In this document: positions 57,302-58,135 of the stretch, one piece after another | Layout: each line of letters opens with the position of its first letter | How positions within the stretch are numbered: the first letter of the stretch is position 1 | Assembly (NCBI GenBank): GCA_964510025.1 | Contig: CAZDZV010000010.1 | Span: forward strand, 1-58,135 | Direction: 5' to 3' | Length of the DNA stretch: 58,135 nucleotides | Source of the DNA: an uncultured Methanosarcinales archaeon | Lineage (GTDB): Archaea > Nanobdellota > Nanobdellia > Woesearchaeales > DATDXC01 | Notes under the pieces: model-generated | The model's database searches: none | Told to the model about the DNA's origin: nothing | Seen by the model: only the letters and a program-made list of their open reading frames with translations | Made by a program: the position numbers and the translations under genes

Positions 57302-57359
57302 AATCCTATGGAAATCATTAGGTTATATTTAAAGGTATGTATTAAAAAAAGAAAAAAAA

Positions 57360-58022
57360 TTATAATTTCTTTAGCATCTTCGACATAATCTTATCTGCAT
57401 GCTTCCTTATGCCTAAGCCAAATCCAATTCCGATGGCCAACGATAAAGCCAGGACAATTCCAGATAAGATTATCAGCAAGGTTGTTTCAGCCAAAGCTAT
57501 CTGTATCCCTATCTCCTTCAAAGCTATACTCAAGAAGAAGATTATAATCACAATCTTTACGATTGAACCGATCAGCTTTATGCCTTTTACCTTTTTGGCC
57601 TTTAAGACTTTATCTTCAGCAAAATCAGCAAGAACCATGCCAACTATCATGATGATCACTGCTGCCAGAAGATGAGGCAACCAAGATGCCACGCTGTTCA
57701 GCATCATTGACAGTTCGCCAAGGTTGATCAAGCTAGCTGCTGGCGATAGGAATGCGATAAATATCCACCACTTCACCAGGGCTCCTAAAATATATGGGGC
57801 ATCCAGGCCTCCTAGAGAATCTGCCCTTCCTGTCTTAACAAGCCATTTTTGAAGCTTTGTGTGCTCTAAGCCTTTTCTAACAACCAATCCCACAAATAAT
57901 CCAATAAAATAGCCTATCACTATGGTTAGCAAAGCTGCCAGCAAGCCAGGCAGATAGCTCACAACAGAATTCCACAGATTAACTGCTGGATCCAAGATTG
58001 CCATTTCTGCAATTGTTTCCAT
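57360..58022 (-). CDS. Mechanosensitive-channel-associated TM-helix repeat protein (CmpX-like)
   Basis: Repeated (Y/W)LP.LLAA...++.G motif, ALSLAIGIGFGLG; SD GAGGTGA before ATG 58022. Confidence 0.78.
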   Translation of the reverse strand: METIAEMAILDPAVNLWNSVVSYLPGLLAALLTIVIGYFIGLFVGLVVRKGLEHTKLQKWLVKTGRADSLGGLDAPYILGALVKWWIFIAFLSPAASLINLGELSMMLNSVASWLPHLLAAVIIMIVGMVLADFAEDKVLKAKKVKGIKLIGSIVKIVIIIFFLSIALKEIGIQIALAETTLLIILSGIVLALSLAIGIGFGLGIRKHADKIMSKMLKKL

Positions 58023-58135
58023 TAATATCACCTCTTTTTTTATCATTTTGACATTAATCAAATATAAAGTTTTCGATAAAATTGGGATTTATCAGATAAA
58101 TAGACACTTTAATATCAAGGAAAATGTCTTTAAAG

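Noticed and set aside
57298..57318. Tiny ORF MISIGL overlapping the start of the Leu leader
   Set aside because: Its ATG is only 15 nt from the TATA box, upstream of the expected TSS, so it is unlikely to be transcribed from this promoter.

Overview
Archaeal chromosomal segment, probably from a DPANN lineage (Woesearchaeota-like). That assignment is inferred from gene content (archaeal DnaG, short TrpRS, DUF87/HerA-like ATPase, duplicated-HTH regulator, conserved small membrane-protein trio) and from TATA-box promoters about 30-32 nt ahead of leaderless start codons. The left part (1-21 kb) is envelope and housekeeping: a giant, apparently broken and mosaic surface glycoprotein locus followed by moxR-DUF58-vWA, HTH regulators with repeated upstream sites, dnaG with a long structured 5' region, SurA/thioredoxin-like proteins and a HerA-like ATPase. 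The right part (21-58 kb) is a large amino-acid biosynthesis region: a complete trp operon (trpE-G-D-C-F-B-GNAT-A-rpe-trpB2, plus trpS), the SRP RNA, and branched-chain genes (ilvE, ilvD, leuCDB-Lrp domain-ilvC-ilvB2, leuA-ilvB-ilvN) interspersed with orphan genes. The strongest novel signal is a pair of short ORFs missing from the ORF track that look like amino-acid-sensing leader peptides, each at the transcription-start distance from its own TATA box. One is Leu/Val-rich (MKSTGKADNGFLLVSLLLVL) with an adjacent hairpin ahead of leuA-ilvBN; the other contains Trp (MKMSGYRWL) with a U-tract ahead of trpE. Together they suggest ribosome-mediated attenuation in an archaeon. A second signal is a perfect shared operator, GTTGTAC-N7-GTACAAC, at the leuC and ilvD promoters next to a TrmB-family regulator. 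No CRISPR array, tRNA, rRNA or transposase was recognised. All product calls come from motif recognition, not database searches.
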